DNA from: the human T2T-CHM13v2.0 reference genome, Homo sapiens | Reading direction: 5' to 3' (one strand) | Assembly: GCF_009914755.1 (NCBI RefSeq) | Contig: NC_060947.1 | DNA: 64,000 nucleotides | Part shown: positions 26,300-41,584 of the stretch, in pieces | Position numbering within the stretch: position 1 is the first letter of the stretch | Layout: the number at the start of each line of letters is the position of its first letter | Made by a program: the position numbers and the translations under genes | The notes under the pieces: model-generated | What the model was told of the DNA's origin: nothing | Seen by the model: only the letters and a program-made list of their open reading frames with translations | Databases searched by the model: none

Positions 26300-26540
26300 C
26301 TTGGGAGATATTTTTATTATGAGATGCCTTGGAGACATCCAAGTAGAAATGTCAAGTAGATAGTTAGTTAGATGTGTGTGTTGGAACCTAGAGCACAGAA
26401 TGGGGCTGGCAGATTCAAATTTGTGAGTCATCTTTTTCTCTTCAGTGATGTAAGTTAAGTGTGTGGGTGAAATACCCTGGGGAAAGATATAGAGTGAGAA
26501 GAAGAAGACCCAAGAGGAAAACTGAAGATTCAACATCTAT
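26300..26540 (-). mobile_element. L2 ORF2 fragment
   Basis: The minus-strand peptide LLDISTWMSPRHL..K resembles the L2 RT C-terminal motif. Confidence 0.75.
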
Positions 26541-27101
26541 TCCAACCCCACTCTTGGGTTCCTGCTTGCCAAGCAACCTTCAGATTCTGGAGTGATATGA
26601 CTACAGTGAGAGCACACATCCTGAAGATATCAGGTGTATCAGATGTCCTCGTTCCTGTGCCAACCCTTTTACAAAGTGGATTCAGAAGGTTTTTCTGATA
26701 ATGATGTAAATTCACATGTACAGGTGCACATGAAGGGAGAGTATGCAGATCTTGTGAATGAGACAGTTACATTTAGTGTTTTAAATGAATAGATGATTGA
26801 TATTCTGCCACTGTCTCACTTTCATGCATTTCAGATATGGAGAGTCAGTCTCTCAGAACCACACAGGAGAGTCTCTGAATCTTTTTCACTTTCTCAGGGT
26901 CACGTCCAGCCTGGCTCTCCCTCCTACTCACACCACTTTTAGCTTTCATATCCTTTAATTACTTTCATATCCCAACGTTCAATCTCCATGAAACCAAAAG
27001 CAAGGTCCTGCTATCAAGAGATTCTGGAGAGACTGTGACTTTGAAAATGATGGAAATGATCAGAACTAGGCATTATGTGGCATTCTAAGGAATCAATATG
27101 G

Positions 27102-27477
27102 TGATATGGTTTGGCTCTGTGTCCCCACCCAAATCTCATCTCAAATTGTGATACCCATAATCCCCAAGTGTCAAGGGCAGGACCTGGCAGGAGGTGATTG
27201 AATCATGAGGGCAGTTTCCCCCATGCTGTCCTCATGAGTGAGTTCTATTGAGATCTGTTGGTTTTATAAGTGTTTGACAGTTCCTCCTATGCACGCTTTC
27301 TTCTCTCTCCGGCTGTCTTGTGAAGAAGGTTCTTGCTTCCCCTTCACCTTCTACCACCAGTGTAAGTTTCCCGAGGCATCCCCAGCCATGTGGAACTGTG
27401 AGTCAATTAAACTTTACTTCATAAATTACCCAGTCTCAGGTAGTATCTTTATAGCAGTGTGAGAACGGACTAATACA
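27102..27477 (+). mobile_element. THE1D-type solo LTR
   Basis: tgatatggtttggct...ggactaataca. TSD tatgg/catgg. Confidence 0.92.
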
Positions 27478-27953
27478 CATGGTATGAGTTAATAATTGCC
27501 TGGCAGTAAAGACACAATTTAAGGTAGAGATTCTGAATTTGTAGAAAACAGGGACGGCACTGTTACATGACTTTGTTCCTCAAAACCAGTCAAGCCTTAA
27601 TGTCTTATGCTTTCTTGACACTCTTTTTTAGAGAAAAGCAGTTCAGAGTTTAACACTTAACAGTGATTGATGTTTACAGTAGGAAAGCATAAAGAAAAAA
27701 ATCTATTATATTTTGGTTCATACTTTTATTATCAAAGCCATTTTGTTTAAAAAGCTTCTTCCTTAATTTCGGTTGCTAGTAAATGAACACATGCTCATGT
27801 CTCCATAATTATGTTCATATTTGACACATTTTGCTTTTCAACCCTTTTGTTTTGCTGTCATGTAACCAAATTATGTCTTACAAATAAAAGCATAAATAAA
27901 AGCAAAAAATAAATGAGTTAATGTTTTAAAAGAACTTAGATAATATTGTGCTA

Positions 27954-28493
27954 TGATGGGGCTCGGGCCACAGGACTCCAAAATATGGCTGTAGTAGACC
28001 AGAATATACCATACCAAAATATACTTCTTTGGTATATTTCAAGCTGGCTATTTTGAGAAACTGCAGACACAGGAGTAGCTCTAAGCAGCTGCCCTTATGT
28101 TAAAAATTTACATCTATAAAAGACATTTTCATTAGTAAAAGATGTCTTTAGCAGGAACAGAGCTGCTCCAGACAACTTTTAACACCTGAGAAACACTTAT
28201 CTACATAACAAAGCAAACTTTATTAACCATATGTTTTCTCCCCTCACCCTCCCATAATTTGTCTCTACCACCTTCCAGAAACCCTAAGTCCCTATTCCTT
28301 TTTGTAGCTCAGGATGCTATGTAAGCTTCAGTCATCTGGTTCTTTTTTGAGTCTCATATTTTTGGGGACTCTCATGTGTATGCATGTAATTAAAACGGTT
28401 TTACTTCTGTTAATCTGTCTTATGTCAATTTAATTTGTAGCCCAGCCAAAGAATGTAGGATGGTGGAGGGAAGCTCTTTTCCCCTCCCCTACA
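27954..28493 (+). mobile_element. MER34-group solo LTR
   Basis: tgatggggctc...ccctcccctaca. 4-bp TSD gcta/gtta. Confidence 0.75.
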
Positions 28494-28654
28494 GTTACAA
28501 CAGACTTGAACCCATTGTTACCATTCTTTTTAGAACAAAATATTTTACAAGGCAGTACTACTCTTCTGCTTATTGATACATTATTTAATGCCAAAAAAAT
28601 TCTATTAAGCAAAATAATTGAGGCAGACGCTACAAACAATCACTCCAATAATAT

Positions 28655-29121
28655 TGTTGGGGCTCATAAAATGATACCCCAAAGAATGGTTCTTTGACAT
28701 GCTCAGTACTTTAAACTGAAGAAGCTGCCTCAAAACAAAGGTCTCTCTCTCTGACCTTGCCCCCACCATCTCATGCCCCTCTTGTTCTTCCAAATCAGTT
28801 AGAGGGGCTTTCTCTGAAGTTCCCTTATCGGACTCAGAAAAGTTCCTCCAGAAGGAACGCAATTGTTCTTCCAACCCATTCATCTCCCCTAGAAACTCCC
28901 TTATTCTTGCTTTAAAATTACATACATCCCCCACTTCCTTTTTTCCTATGAAGAGGACATTTAGGCTTCAGTCATCTTGCCCTTCTTTGAGTGACTCTGG
29001 TGCACGTGCATGTTAATTAATTTGTATGCTTTTTCTTCTGTTAATCTATTTTCTTTTTGTTTTATAGACTCAGATTATTGAACTTTAAGGGGGTGGAAGA
29101 AAACTTTCTTTCACTGCTACA
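28655..29121 (+). mobile_element. MER31/MER39-group solo LTR
   Basis: tgttggggctcataaaatgataccccaaag...gctaca. Perfect 4-bp TSD atat. Confidence 0.8.
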
Positions 29122-30598
29122 ATATCAAATAAATACTTCTTCCGTGACTCCAAATAAAAATACAAGGCTTTACTGCAGCCTTATTATCTTTTTGGATGGA
29201 AAGGTTTGACATTAGGTTACTTTTTAAAATTAGTAATAGATATCCTCCTTCTGGTTACAGGGTGAGAGCAGGTAGATTTGAAAGTTGAGCTCTGAATACA
29301 AAAGAGGTGAAGGGAGACCATGAAGTAATACTCAGAGTAGGAGCAGGTGAGGAAGGCTGAATAAGTATAAAGTGAAATATTTAGGAAAATAACAATTTGG
29401 ATGTTAAAAATTACTAAGAGGAAATCTGTTCTTGAGTTTTTTCACAGTCCTTCAAAAAGCAGTCGTAATAGTATTCGGATTGTGGGAATTAAAGTTTTGT
29501 GGGTATACACCAAGCTAGTTAATATAAATTTTATTTAATCACCACAACTTAAAATTATTTTATAATACATGAGATAAATATGTCTGGTTTATATTGATTG
29601 GCAGAGAATCCTTTCACATGTGTGCATGTTCTAAAAGTGCCTAGGTTAAATATGTATTGTGCAAATGGCAGCTCTGGCAGATAGGAGCAAAGATTTGAAA
29701 CTGTAGCATTAAAGTGACTATGGAAAAAATGTCTCCTCTTGGTTGTTTTCATTTTTAGTTTGTGGAGCAAATAGATGTAATATTACCCCTTGATAACATT
29801 AAACACAATGTTGTGCCATAGAATTCCTGAAGATATGTAGACTTCTAATAGCCCCAGAGAGAGTAGAGACAGAGTAACCTTATTCTGATTCAATTTACCT
29901 TTTCAAATGCTGACCATTTTAGAAGTTTGATGTTTCCAGATTTTAAAATCATAAACTCATATTGCTAGTGTAGTGTTTTAAAGAAAGTAAATTTATGTTA
30001 CATGCATGCACATGAAACCACTAATTCTTGAAGTATACAAGTATGTGGAGAAGTAATAGATTGTGTGCATTTTGGAAAATGGATAGCTGATAACCTTGTA
30101 AATGCATTAATTTACTGCATGTATTTTGACAAACTGAATGGTAGTCCAGAATTTTTCTTGTCATTTATTTTTATGAAACAATAGTTGAAAATGGCTTTCC
30201 TCAGAGAACATGTCTACTAAATTAGATCATTAGTGAAGCCATACCACCATTTTTCTCCCTAGCCCCAACTATTCCCCAGTAGTTGGCCACTGGATTATTT
30301 GGATTACAACTTTTAGACATACTACCACATTCCATCTGCCACAAGGTGTTATTTGGGGAATGATTATTTCAAATGTGTACTGTGTGTCTCTTGGCTATAT
30401 AATTTTTTCACGTTAGCAGGTTGACCATAATTTGCCATCAGTTCAGTCAATATATTTTTGTTGGACAATCTCTGTGCTTTAAAATGTACTGAGTTGCAGA
30501 TTGTGGAAAAAAAAAGTAGGGAAAGGAAAATAAATATCTGGTTTCATCTTTGCTCTTAAACATCTCACAACCCGAAGATACATATATGTAATACTCAG

Positions 30599-31440
30599 TG
30601 TGGTAGAAAGAATTCTAAATTGGCCCTCATGAGTTACTCCCCCTGGTGTGACTCCCATGATTATGTAACATGGCATAAGAGATTTTGTAGATTTAAGTAA
30701 AGTTACTAATCAGCTGACTATAAAGTAATTATATTATTGAGGTGAGTCTAACATGAGTCCTAATAACACGAGTCCTTTAAAAGCAGAACATTTTCTCTGA
30801 ATAGTAGCAGAAAGAAAAGTCAGAGATTTAAAGCACACTGGAAATAAAGGCACTACAGCTCACTTGCAGATGGAAAGAATCACATGGAGAAGACCTGAGA
30901 GCAGCCTCTGGTTGCTGATTAACAGCCAGAAAGAAAAGAGGCACTTTAGTCCTACAACCACAAGGAATTTAATTATGGCAACCACTTGAATGAGCTTGGA
31001 AGAGGACCTTGAGCCAAATATGAGAATGCAGCCCCCACTGACACTTAGATTTCTGCCGTGTGGCACTCTGAGCTAATAATACTGCCAAAAATAAAGCCAG
31101 TGTAGCTACAGTATGGTGGGCAAGGACAGAAAACTGGACAGGACCATGCAGAGACAGGTAGACCATGGTAAATCAAAGAAGGTTGTTTGAGTTTTGTTGT
31201 TGTTTTTATTGTTTTTTAAAGCAACAGAGTGACATCATCAAATTTACATTGCGAAATGGTGACTGAGATTGCTGATTGGTTGTGAGGGATGGTGAGTTGA
31301 AAAAGAGAAATTACTTCGGAGCTATTGCAGCAGACCAGGCAGGTGTTGATAGTGGCTTAGACCAGGGTGATGATAATATTAGACACCCATGGAAATGGTA
31401 AGATAATAAATGTGTATTGTTTTAAGCAGCTAAGTAGTAA
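30599..31440 (+). mobile_element. MLT1E-type LTR, interrupted at about 31075-31380
   Basis: MLT1E text up to ...actctgagc, resuming at gacacccatggaaatggtaagataataaatgtgtattgttttaagc. Confidence 0.7.
31075..31380 (-). mobile_element. Internal L2 fragment lying inside the MLT1E
   Basis: Antisense L2 motifs (tttaaagca..gagtgacatcatcaaatttacatt; gctattgcagcagaccaggc...tggcttagaccagggtg). Confidence 0.6.
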
Positions 31441-31601
31441 AATATGCCTAGTGAGAAAAGTGTAAATAATGACATGTGAGATATTGTATTGTTTTAAGGT
31501 TTTGAGAGACAGGCTTTATATAGAAAGTTGCATTTGAAGTGGGCCTGCAAGAATTTGGACTTGATTTTAACAGGTAGGCTTATGGGGAAATAATACCAGG
31601 T

Positions 31602-31759
31602 CAGTAGTTCTCAAATTTGGCAGCATATAGATTACAGGTGTGCTTTAGAAATACTCATGGAAGAGGTTTTTATTTAATTGGCCTGGGTGCTACCTAGACA
31701 CTGAGATTTTAAAAAATTTCTAATTATTTTCATCGTGTAAGTAGGGTTGAGAATCATTG
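31602..31759. mobile_element. MER5-type hAT DNA transposon, inside an L2 fragment
   Basis: TIRs cagtagttctcaa / ttgagaatcattg. Confidence 0.7.
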
Positions 31760-32167
31760 TTTGAGGCAGAAGGAACAGCATGAACAAAGGCATGGAATAG
31801 AATGAGTTTATTGAAGAGTGAGTAATTCCATCTGGTGAAAACAAAGCAAATATGAGAAACTAGCAGATATAAGATCGTAAAGCGGGGGTTTCAAATTAGC
31901 ATCATACAGGCACATTACAGCTCTAGGCATATTTTTGACAAGAAAAGTAGTTTTTTTTTTAAATTATTACCCATTTGAGTTTTTTATTCATTTAATTTGA
32001 ATACACTCAGGCAAGCCCTCACTGTTCAGTTTGTCACAGGTCTCACCACTCACTGTTTTATATGTGGCATGGTTTAATTCATGAGATGAAAGAAATTTTT
32101 GGTTATTGTTCACATAAAGTCCCTGGGAATGGGCTTGAAAGGCTTCAAGCAGCAACTGGTATACCAC

Positions 32168-32320
32168 ATTCAATCAGGTTCAAGAGCAAATATTTGTTAA
32201 ACATCTATATGTGCCAGACGCTGCGCTAGACTCTAAAAAATAATCAATGGCAAAATTATTTTTAATTTCATTTCATCTTGTCCTGATGAAGCCTGGAGTC
32301 TAAAAACTTATATAATTATT

Positions 32321-32386
<66 letters not shown>

Positions 32387-32780
32387 CATATATAATTAAC
32401 AAATAGATAAAGATATGATTATAAAGTGAGATTTTAAAAACATATGATAAAAACCACAGGGTGATATGGGAGAAAATAATGGGGAAAATCTGATGTACAG
32501 AGATAAAAGAAATATCTCTGTAAAGAAATGACATTTGAGGCCTCATGAAAGAGTGAGCCACATGCAGAGTGGGGGAAGTAGTGTAGTAAGGAAAAGGAGA
32601 GAAAGCAGCTTGTACAATTACTCTGAGACAAAGAAGGTCTTACCTTATAAAAGGCTAACATTGGTGTGGAACAGTGGACAAGGAGGACAGTGGTGAGAGA
32701 AAACTGGGCAGGATCATCCAGGGAACATATTTATTAAAAATTGCATTCAGATTACATTGGTAAGCCAAATAAGGTTGTTT
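32168..32780 (-). mobile_element. L2 3' region, antisense, containing a (TA)n(CA)n microsatellite at about 32322-32393
   Basis: caaatatttgttaaacatctatatgtgccag...; gaaatgacatttgagg...gagtgagccacatgcaga. Confidence 0.65.
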
Positions 32781-32808
32781 ATTTATTCTTTTTTAAAAAC
32801 CAGGTAGT

Positions 32809-32993
32809 GGCTGGAAGCGGTGGCTCATGCCTGTAATCTCAGCACTTTGGGAGGCCGAGGTGGGCAGATCACCTGAGGTCAGGAGTTCGAGACCAGCCTG
32901 GCCAACATGGTGAAACCCCATCTCTACTAAAAATACAAAAATTTGCCAGGCATGGTGGCATGCGCCTGTCCTCCCAGCTACCCAGGAGGCTGA
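32809..32993 (+). mobile_element. AluSx-like, 3'-truncated
   Basis: Left arm plus the start of the right arm. Ends abruptly after ggaggctga with no tail. Confidence 0.88.
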
Positions 32994-33222
32994 TGCCACG
33001 TGGATAGGCCACGTTTACTAGTCACTTGCCTTTAGGATTCTTACTAGTGAATCAAGTTCAAGTTCCTGTATTGCTGGAATTATAGAAGATACTTCTCTGA
33101 GTGGATATCTTGAAGCTCTCTTTCACTTGAAGAGAAAAATGCCTCAGCACTACAACTCTTTAAAAAAATCTTCTCAGCCAACTCCTTTAACTAATTAATT
33201 CTTAATCTTGTTTAATGTAGCC

Positions 33223-33472
<250 letters not shown>

Positions 33473-35145
33473 ATAGCAGATTCCTAACTACGGTGGCCAC
33501 GGGGAGAGATTCCTTCTGCTTGAGAAAAGGAGAGAGAAGAGTAAAGGGGGTTTTGTGTTGCAGCTTGGGTACCAGCTTGGCCATAGTGGGGTAGAGCAAG
33601 TGGGTATCTGGGGTTCCCAATTCCAGGCCTTGGCTCATGGACAGCATCTCTGGACCCTTCCTGAGAGAGAGGAGAACCCACTGCCTTGAAGGGAGAGACC
33701 CAGTTCTCGCAGCATTCACTGAAAGTTGACTGAACAGCACTTGGGCCTTGAGTGAATATCTGCAGTAGCCTGTCAGTACTCGCTGTGGGGCCGCAATGAT
33801 AGCCATGGGAAGAGAGGAGACTCATTCAGCTTGAGGAAAGGAGAGAGAAGACTGGGAAGGACTCTGTCTTGAAGCTTGGGTGCCAGTTCAGCTGCTGTAG
33901 AATAGAACACCAAGTAGATTCCTAAGGTTCCTGGCCCTGGCTCTTGGACGGCATTTCTGAACCTGCCCTGGGCCAGGGTGGGAGCTTGCTACCCTGAAGG
34001 AAAGGACAAAAGCCTGCCTGGATTCACCACCTGCAGACTAAATTGCCCTTGGGCCTTGAATAAACATTAGTGGTAGCCAAGTAGTGGTTGCACACAGGCC
34101 TTGGGCAAGATTCAGTGCTGTGCTGGATTCAGGTCTGACCCAACACTGGCTCAGTGGTGGTAGCCACAGGGGTGCTTGTGTCATCCTTCCCCCACCTCCA
34201 GGCAGCTCAGCACAGAAAGATTCCATTTGTTTGGGAAAGTGTAAGGAGAGATGACAAGAGTCTGGGCCTGGCAACTCAGGGAGTTCCCAAGAACACCAAG
34301 GCATTACCCATACGAGTCTTCAAGAGTCATAGCATTGCCCATATGAGTCTTCAAGAATCACAGCGTTACTGGACTTGGGGTTCCCCCTAATGCAGATACA
34401 ATTGCAGTGATCAAAGACTTAGATCACAAAATTCAATTCCCTTTGAATATATAGAAAGACTTCCCAAGAAAGATGGGTACAAACAAGACCAGATTGCAAA
34501 GACTACAATGAATACCTAACTTTTCAGTGTCCAAGCATCAAAACCATCCAGAAAAATATGACCTTACCAAACAAACTAAATCAGGTACCAGAGATCAATT
34601 TTGAAGTGACAGAGATATGTGACCTTACAGATAAATCAAAATAGCTATTTTGAGGAAGCTCAATGAAATTAAAGATAATACAGAGAAGAAATTCAGAATT
34701 AGATAGGTTTAACAAACAGATAAATAATTTTTTTAAGTATCATGCAGAAATTCTGGAGCTGGAAAGTTCAGTAGGCATACCAAAAAAATGCATTAGAGTT
34801 TCTTAACAGCAGAATTGATCAAGCAAAAGAAATAATTAGTGAGCTTGAAGGACAGGCTATTTGAAAATACAGTCAGAGGAGAAAAGAAAGAATAAAAAGG
34901 AATGGGACATTTCTACAAGATCTAGAAAATAGCCTCAAAAGGGCCAATCTAAGAGTTATTGGCCTTAAAGAGGAGGTAGAGAGAGCTATCAGGGTAGAAA
35001 ATGTTTTCAAAGGGATAGTAGTACAGTACTTTCCAAACCTAGAGAAAGATTAATATTCAAGTACAGGACAGTTATAGAACACCAAGCAGATTTAACTTAA
35101 ATAAGACTACCACGGGACACTTAATAATTAAACTCTCAGAGGTCA

Positions 35146-35785
<640 letters not shown>

Positions 35786-36020
35786 TTATCTGAGATACAA
35801 AACTCACTAGTAATAGTAAGTACACACACAAACACAGGATATTATAACACTGTAACTGTGGTATGTAAGTTATTAATATTTTTTAGTAGAAAGAATAAAA
35901 GATGAACCTTCCAAAAATTATAACAACAACTTTGTAAGATGTAGACAGTGTAATAAGATATACATAGAAACAACAAAATATTAAAAGTTGGGAGCATGAA
36001 GTTAAAGTGTAGTGTTTTCA

Positions 36021-36510
36021 CATGCACGAGTATGTTTATTGCGGCACTATTCACAATAGCAAAGACTTGGAACCAACCCAAATGTCCATCAATGATAGAC
36101 TGGATTAAGAAAATGTGGCACATATACATCATGGAATACTATGCAGCCATAAAAAAGGATGAGTTCATGTCCTTTGTAGCGACATGGATGAAGCTGGAAA
36201 CCATCATTCTGAGCAAACTATTGCAAGGACAGAAAACCAAACACCGCATGTTCTCACTCATAGGTGGGAATTGAACAATGAGAACACTTGGACACAGGGT
36301 GGGGAACATCACACACCAGCGCTTGTCATGGGGTAGGGGGGAAGGGGGAGGGATAGCATTAGGAGAAATACCTAATGTAAATGACGAGTTAATGGGTGCA
36401 GCACACCAACATGACACATGTATACATATGTAGCAAACCTGCACGTTGTGCACATGTACCCTAGAACTTAAAGTATAATTTTAAAAAATAAAAATAAATA
36501 AATATATAAA
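36021..36510 (+). mobile_element. 5'-truncated L1PA5/6-type 3' end
   Basis: ORF2 C-terminus (...HRMFSLIGGN), 3'UTR and tail. Perfect TSD taaagtgtagtgttttca (36003-36020, 36511-36528). Confidence 0.92.
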
Positions 36511-39500
36511 TAAAGTGTAGTGTTTTCATTAGTTTTCTCTTTTCTTGTTTGTTTACTTTTGTGATTAATGTTAATATCATCAGTTAAAAAATAATAGGCT
36601 ATAAGATGTTATTTGCAAGCCTCATAGTAACCTCAAATCAAAATCTTACAAGAGATATACAAAAAAATAAAAAGAAAGAAATTAAAACATACCACTAGAT
36701 GAAATAATAAAACAGGAAAGAAGGAAAAGACTACAAAACACCTAGAAAATAAATAACAAAATGTAGTGAGTCCTTACCGATCAACAATAAGATTGAATAT
36801 AAATGGACTAAACTCTCTTGCCAAAGACATAAAATGGCTGAATGGATGAAAAACCAAGATCCAATGATCCATTGGCTACAAGAAGCACACTTTACCTATA
36901 AAGACACACATAGACTGAAAATAAGAGGATGGAAAAAGATATTCCATACCAATGGAAACCAAAAAAGACCAATAATCACTACACTTAGACAAATTAGATT
37001 TGAAGATAAAAACTATTAAAAGATACAAAGAAGGCCATTGTATAATGATAAAGGGGTTAATTCAGCAAGAGGATAAATCGATTGTAAATATATATGCACC
37101 TGACACTGAAGCAACCAGATATAAAGCAAATATTATTAGAGCTACAGCAAAAGATAGACCACAATATAATAATAGCTGGAAACTTCAACACTCTAGATCA
37201 TCCAGAAAGAAAATTGAAAAGAAACATCAGACTTAATCTGCACTGTAGATCAAATTGACCTAATATGTATTTACAGAATACTTTATTGAGTGGCTGTGGA
37301 ATACACATTCTTCTCTTCAACGCATGAATCATTCTCAAGAATAGACCACATGTTAGGCCAAAAAACAAGTCTAAAAATTTCAGAAAATTGAAATGGCATC
37401 AAGTATCTTCTCTGACTATCATGGAATAAAACTAGAAATCAATAAAAAGAGAAATTTTGTAAACTACACAAACATATGGATTTAAAAATATGCTCCTGAA
37501 TGACCAGTGGGTCAATGAAAGAATTAAGAAGGAAAATGAAAAATTGTTTGTAACAACTGATAATGGAAACACAACATAACAAAACCTGTAGGATATACTG
37601 AAAGAAATACTAAAGGGAAAGTAGGTAACAAGTGCCTACATCAAAAAAGTAGAACAACTTCAAATAAACAACCTTATTATACATTTTAAAGAACTAGGAA
37701 AGCAAGAGCAAACGAAACCCAAAATTATCAGAAGAAAAGAAATGATGAGAGCAGAAATAAATGAAATTGAAACGAAGAAAAGCAATACAAATATCAGCAA
37801 AGCAAAAACTTAGCTCTTTGAAAACAAACAAAATTGGCAAACCTTTAGCTAGACTGGAAAAAAGAGAAAAGACTCAAATGAATAAAATCAGAGATGAAAA
37901 AGAGACATTACAACCGACACCACAGAAATTCAAAAGATCATTAGAGAGTACTAAGAGCAAATATATTCCAATAAATTGGAAAATCTAGAGGAAATAGGTA
38001 AATTCCTAAACACATACAACCTACTAAGATTGAACCAGGAAGTAATCCAAAAACCTGAATAGAGCAATGACAAGTAACGATATCAAAGCTATAACAAAAA
38101 GTCTCCCATCAAAGAAAAACCAGGACCTGATGACTTTACTGCTAAATTTTACCAAATATTTAAAGAAGAACTAATACCAATCCTACTCCATACATATTCT
38201 ATGAGGTCAATACTACCCTGATACAAAAACCAGACAAAGGCACATCAAAAAAAAAAAAAAAAACTACAGGCCAATATTCCTCAGGATTATTGATATAAAA
38301 ATCCTCAATAAAATACTAACAAACTGAATTCAACAACACATGAAAAATATTATTCATCATGACCAAGTGGGATTTATTCGTGGGATGCAAAGACGCTTTA
38401 ACATATGAAGATCAATCAGTGTGATACCTCATATCAACAAAATGAAAGATAAAAACTGTATGATCATTTCAATTGATGCTGAAAAAGCATTTGATAAAAT
38501 TCAACATCCCTTCATAATTAAAAAATCTTAAAAAACTGGAGATAGAAAAAATACACTGCAACATAATAAAAGTCATATGTGACAGACTCACAGCTGGTAT
38601 CATACTGAATGGGGAAAAACGGAGAGCCTTTCCTCTAAGGTCTGGAACATGACAAGGATGCACACTGTCATCACTGTTATTCAAAACAGTCCTGGAGGTC
38701 CTACTTAGAGTAATCAGACAAGAGAAAGATATAAAGGGCATCCAAACTGGAAAAGAGGAAGTCCAGTTATCCTTACTGGCAGATAAGATCTTATACTTGG
38801 AAAAACCTAAAGACTCCACCAAAAAACTATCAGAAATCATAAACAAATTCAGCAAAGTTGCAGGATACATAATCAACATACAAAAATCAGTAGCATTTTT
38901 ATATACCAACAGTGAACAATTTGTAAAAAATTTGTAAAAAAAGTAATCTCATTTACAATACCTACAAAGAAAATTAAATACATAAGAATTAACCAAAGAA
39001 GTAAAAAATCTCTATAATAAAAACTGTAAAACACTGATCAAAGAAATTGAAGAGGACACCAAAAAATGGAAAATATTCCATGCTCGCTCATGAATTGGAA
39101 GAATTAATATCATTAAAATGTCCATACTACCGAAAGCAATCTACAGATTCAATGCAATCCCTATGAAAATACCAATGACATCGTTCACAGAAATAGAAAA
39201 AACGATCCTAAAATTTATGTGAAACCACAAAAGTCCCAGAATAGCTAAAGCTATCCTAAGCAAAAAGAAAAAAAAACTGGAGGAGGAAGAATCACATTAC
39301 CTGACTTCAAATCATAGTACAGAGCTATAGTAATCAAAACAGCATGATACTGGCATAAAAAGAGACACGTACATCAACGGAACAAAATAGAGAACTCAGA
39401 AGCAAATCCACACACCTACAGTGTGGACACCTACATTTTGACAAAGGTGCCAAGAATATACACTGGGGAAGGGACAGTCTCTTCAATAAATGGTGCTTGG

Positions 39501-41013
39501 AAAACTGAATATCCTTTGCAATGGAATGAAACTAGACCCTTTTCTCTAATCATATTCAAAAATCAAATCAAAATGGGTTAAATACTTAAATCTAAAACCC
39601 CAAACTATGAAACTACCACATAAAAACATTGGGGAGAATCTCCAGGATATTAGAGTTGGTAAAAATTTCTTAAGCAATACCCCACAAGCACAGAAAACCA
39701 AAGCAAACATGGACAAATGGGATTACATCAAGTTAAAAACTTCTGCATAGCAAAGGATACAATCAACAAAGGGAAGAGACAACTCACAGAATAGCAGAAA
39801 ATATTTGAAAACTATCCATCTGACAAGGGATTAACAACTAGAATATGTAAGGAGCTCAAACAACTCTATAGGAAAAACATTTAATAATCTGATCAAAAAA
39901 TGGGCAAAAGATTTGAATAGACATTGCCCAAAAGAGGACATACAAATGGGAAAAAGGCATATGAAAAGTTACTCAACATCATTGATCACAAGAAACATGC
40001 AAATAAAACTACAATGAGATATCATCTCACCCCAGTTAAAAATGGCTTATATCCAAAAGACAGGCAGCAACAAATGCTGGGTGAGGATGTAAAGAAAAAT
40101 GAACCCTCTTATACTTTTGTTGGGAATGTAAATGAGTACAATCACTATAGAGAACAGTTTGGAGGCTCCTCAAAAATACTGAAATTAGAGCTAATATAGA
40201 ATCCAGCAATCCCACTCCTAGGTATATACTGAAAAGAAAGGAAATCAGGATATTGAGATATCTTCACTCCCATGTTTATTGTAGCACTATTCACAACAGC
40301 TAAGAATTGTAAACAACATAAGTGTTCATCAACAGATGAATGGATAAAGAAAATGTGATACATATGCACTATAGAGCAATATTTACCCCCCACAAAAGAA
40401 TGAAATCCCTTCATTTGCAACAATGTGGATGGAACGGGAGGACGTTATGTTAAGTGAAATAAGCCAGGCACAGAAAGACAAACTTCACATGTTCTCACTC
40501 ATTTGTTGGAGCTAAAAATTAAAACAATTGAACTCATGGGGATAGAGAGTAGAATGATGGTTACCGGAGGCTAGGAAAGGTAGTGGGGGTGGGAGAAGTG
40601 GAGATGGTTAATGTATTTAAAAATGTAGCTAGAGAGAATGAATAAGAGCTACCATTTGATATCACAATAGGGTGATTACAGTCAACAATAATTTATTGTA
40701 CAATTTTTAATAACTAAAAGGGTATAAATAGATTGTTTGTAACACATAGAAGTGATAAATGCTTCAGGTGGTGGATATTCCATTTACCCTGATGTGATTA
40801 TTATGCATTGTATGCCTGTATCAAAACATCTCATGTGCCCCATAAATATATACACCTACAAAATATATGTGCCCACATAAATTAAAAATTTTAAAAATCA
40901 CTAGTAAACCTCTAAGAACAATAATTTCAGTTCTCTTCTCATCTTTACATATTATTTTTAGAACATGTTTATGTACGTGCATGGTTTTTAACAGATACAT
41001 TGAAAAATTTTTC

Positions 41014-41487
41014 TGTAGTAGGCTAAATAGTGGTGCCCAATGATATTCAGTTCATGATCGTTGGAATCTGCATATATTAACTTATATGGTTGACTCTTTG
41101 CAGGTAATTAAGTTAAGGACTTGGATGGGAAAATTATTATAAAGTATTTGAAAGGACCTTAAGTGCAATCATAAGTGTCCTTATAAAAAGGAAGCAGAAG
41201 GAGACTTGATTGATGGAAGAAGAAAAGAAGATATAACCACTGAGAAAGAGATTGGAGTGATGCTACCACAAGCCAAGAAATGCCAGCAGCTACCAGAATT
41301 TGAAAGAAGCAAATAATTAATTTTTCCCTAGAGCCTAAGGAGATTGCAGCCCTGCCAACATATGACTTTAAACCAATGAAAATGATTTCTGATTTCTAGG
41401 CTCCAGAACAGTAAGAGAATAAACTCGTGTTGTTTTAAACCACCTAGTTTGTCACAACTTGTACAGCAGCAATAGGAAAGAATAAAA
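41014..41487 (+). mobile_element. MLT1C/D-type solo LTR
   Basis: tgtagtaggctaaatagtgg...ccacaagccaagaaatgcc...acagcagcaataggaaa. Confidence 0.8.
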
Positions 41488-41584
41488 ATTCACATACTAC
41501 TGAATGGATTTATTTACAACGTATATGATGTTTAGCACATTTGCAGAATTGTGCATTCATCACCACAACCAATATATACACATA

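Noticed and set aside
26530-26900. Possible processed pseudogene or exon in unique sequence
   Set aside because: No recognisable protein similarity, poly(A) or TSD.
34301-34369. 31-bp tandem duplication, plus other short ones at about 9945, 25250, 30750, 38918, 46395, 48959 and 49133
   Set aside because: Ordinary slippage-type duplications in decaying repeats, with no sign of function.
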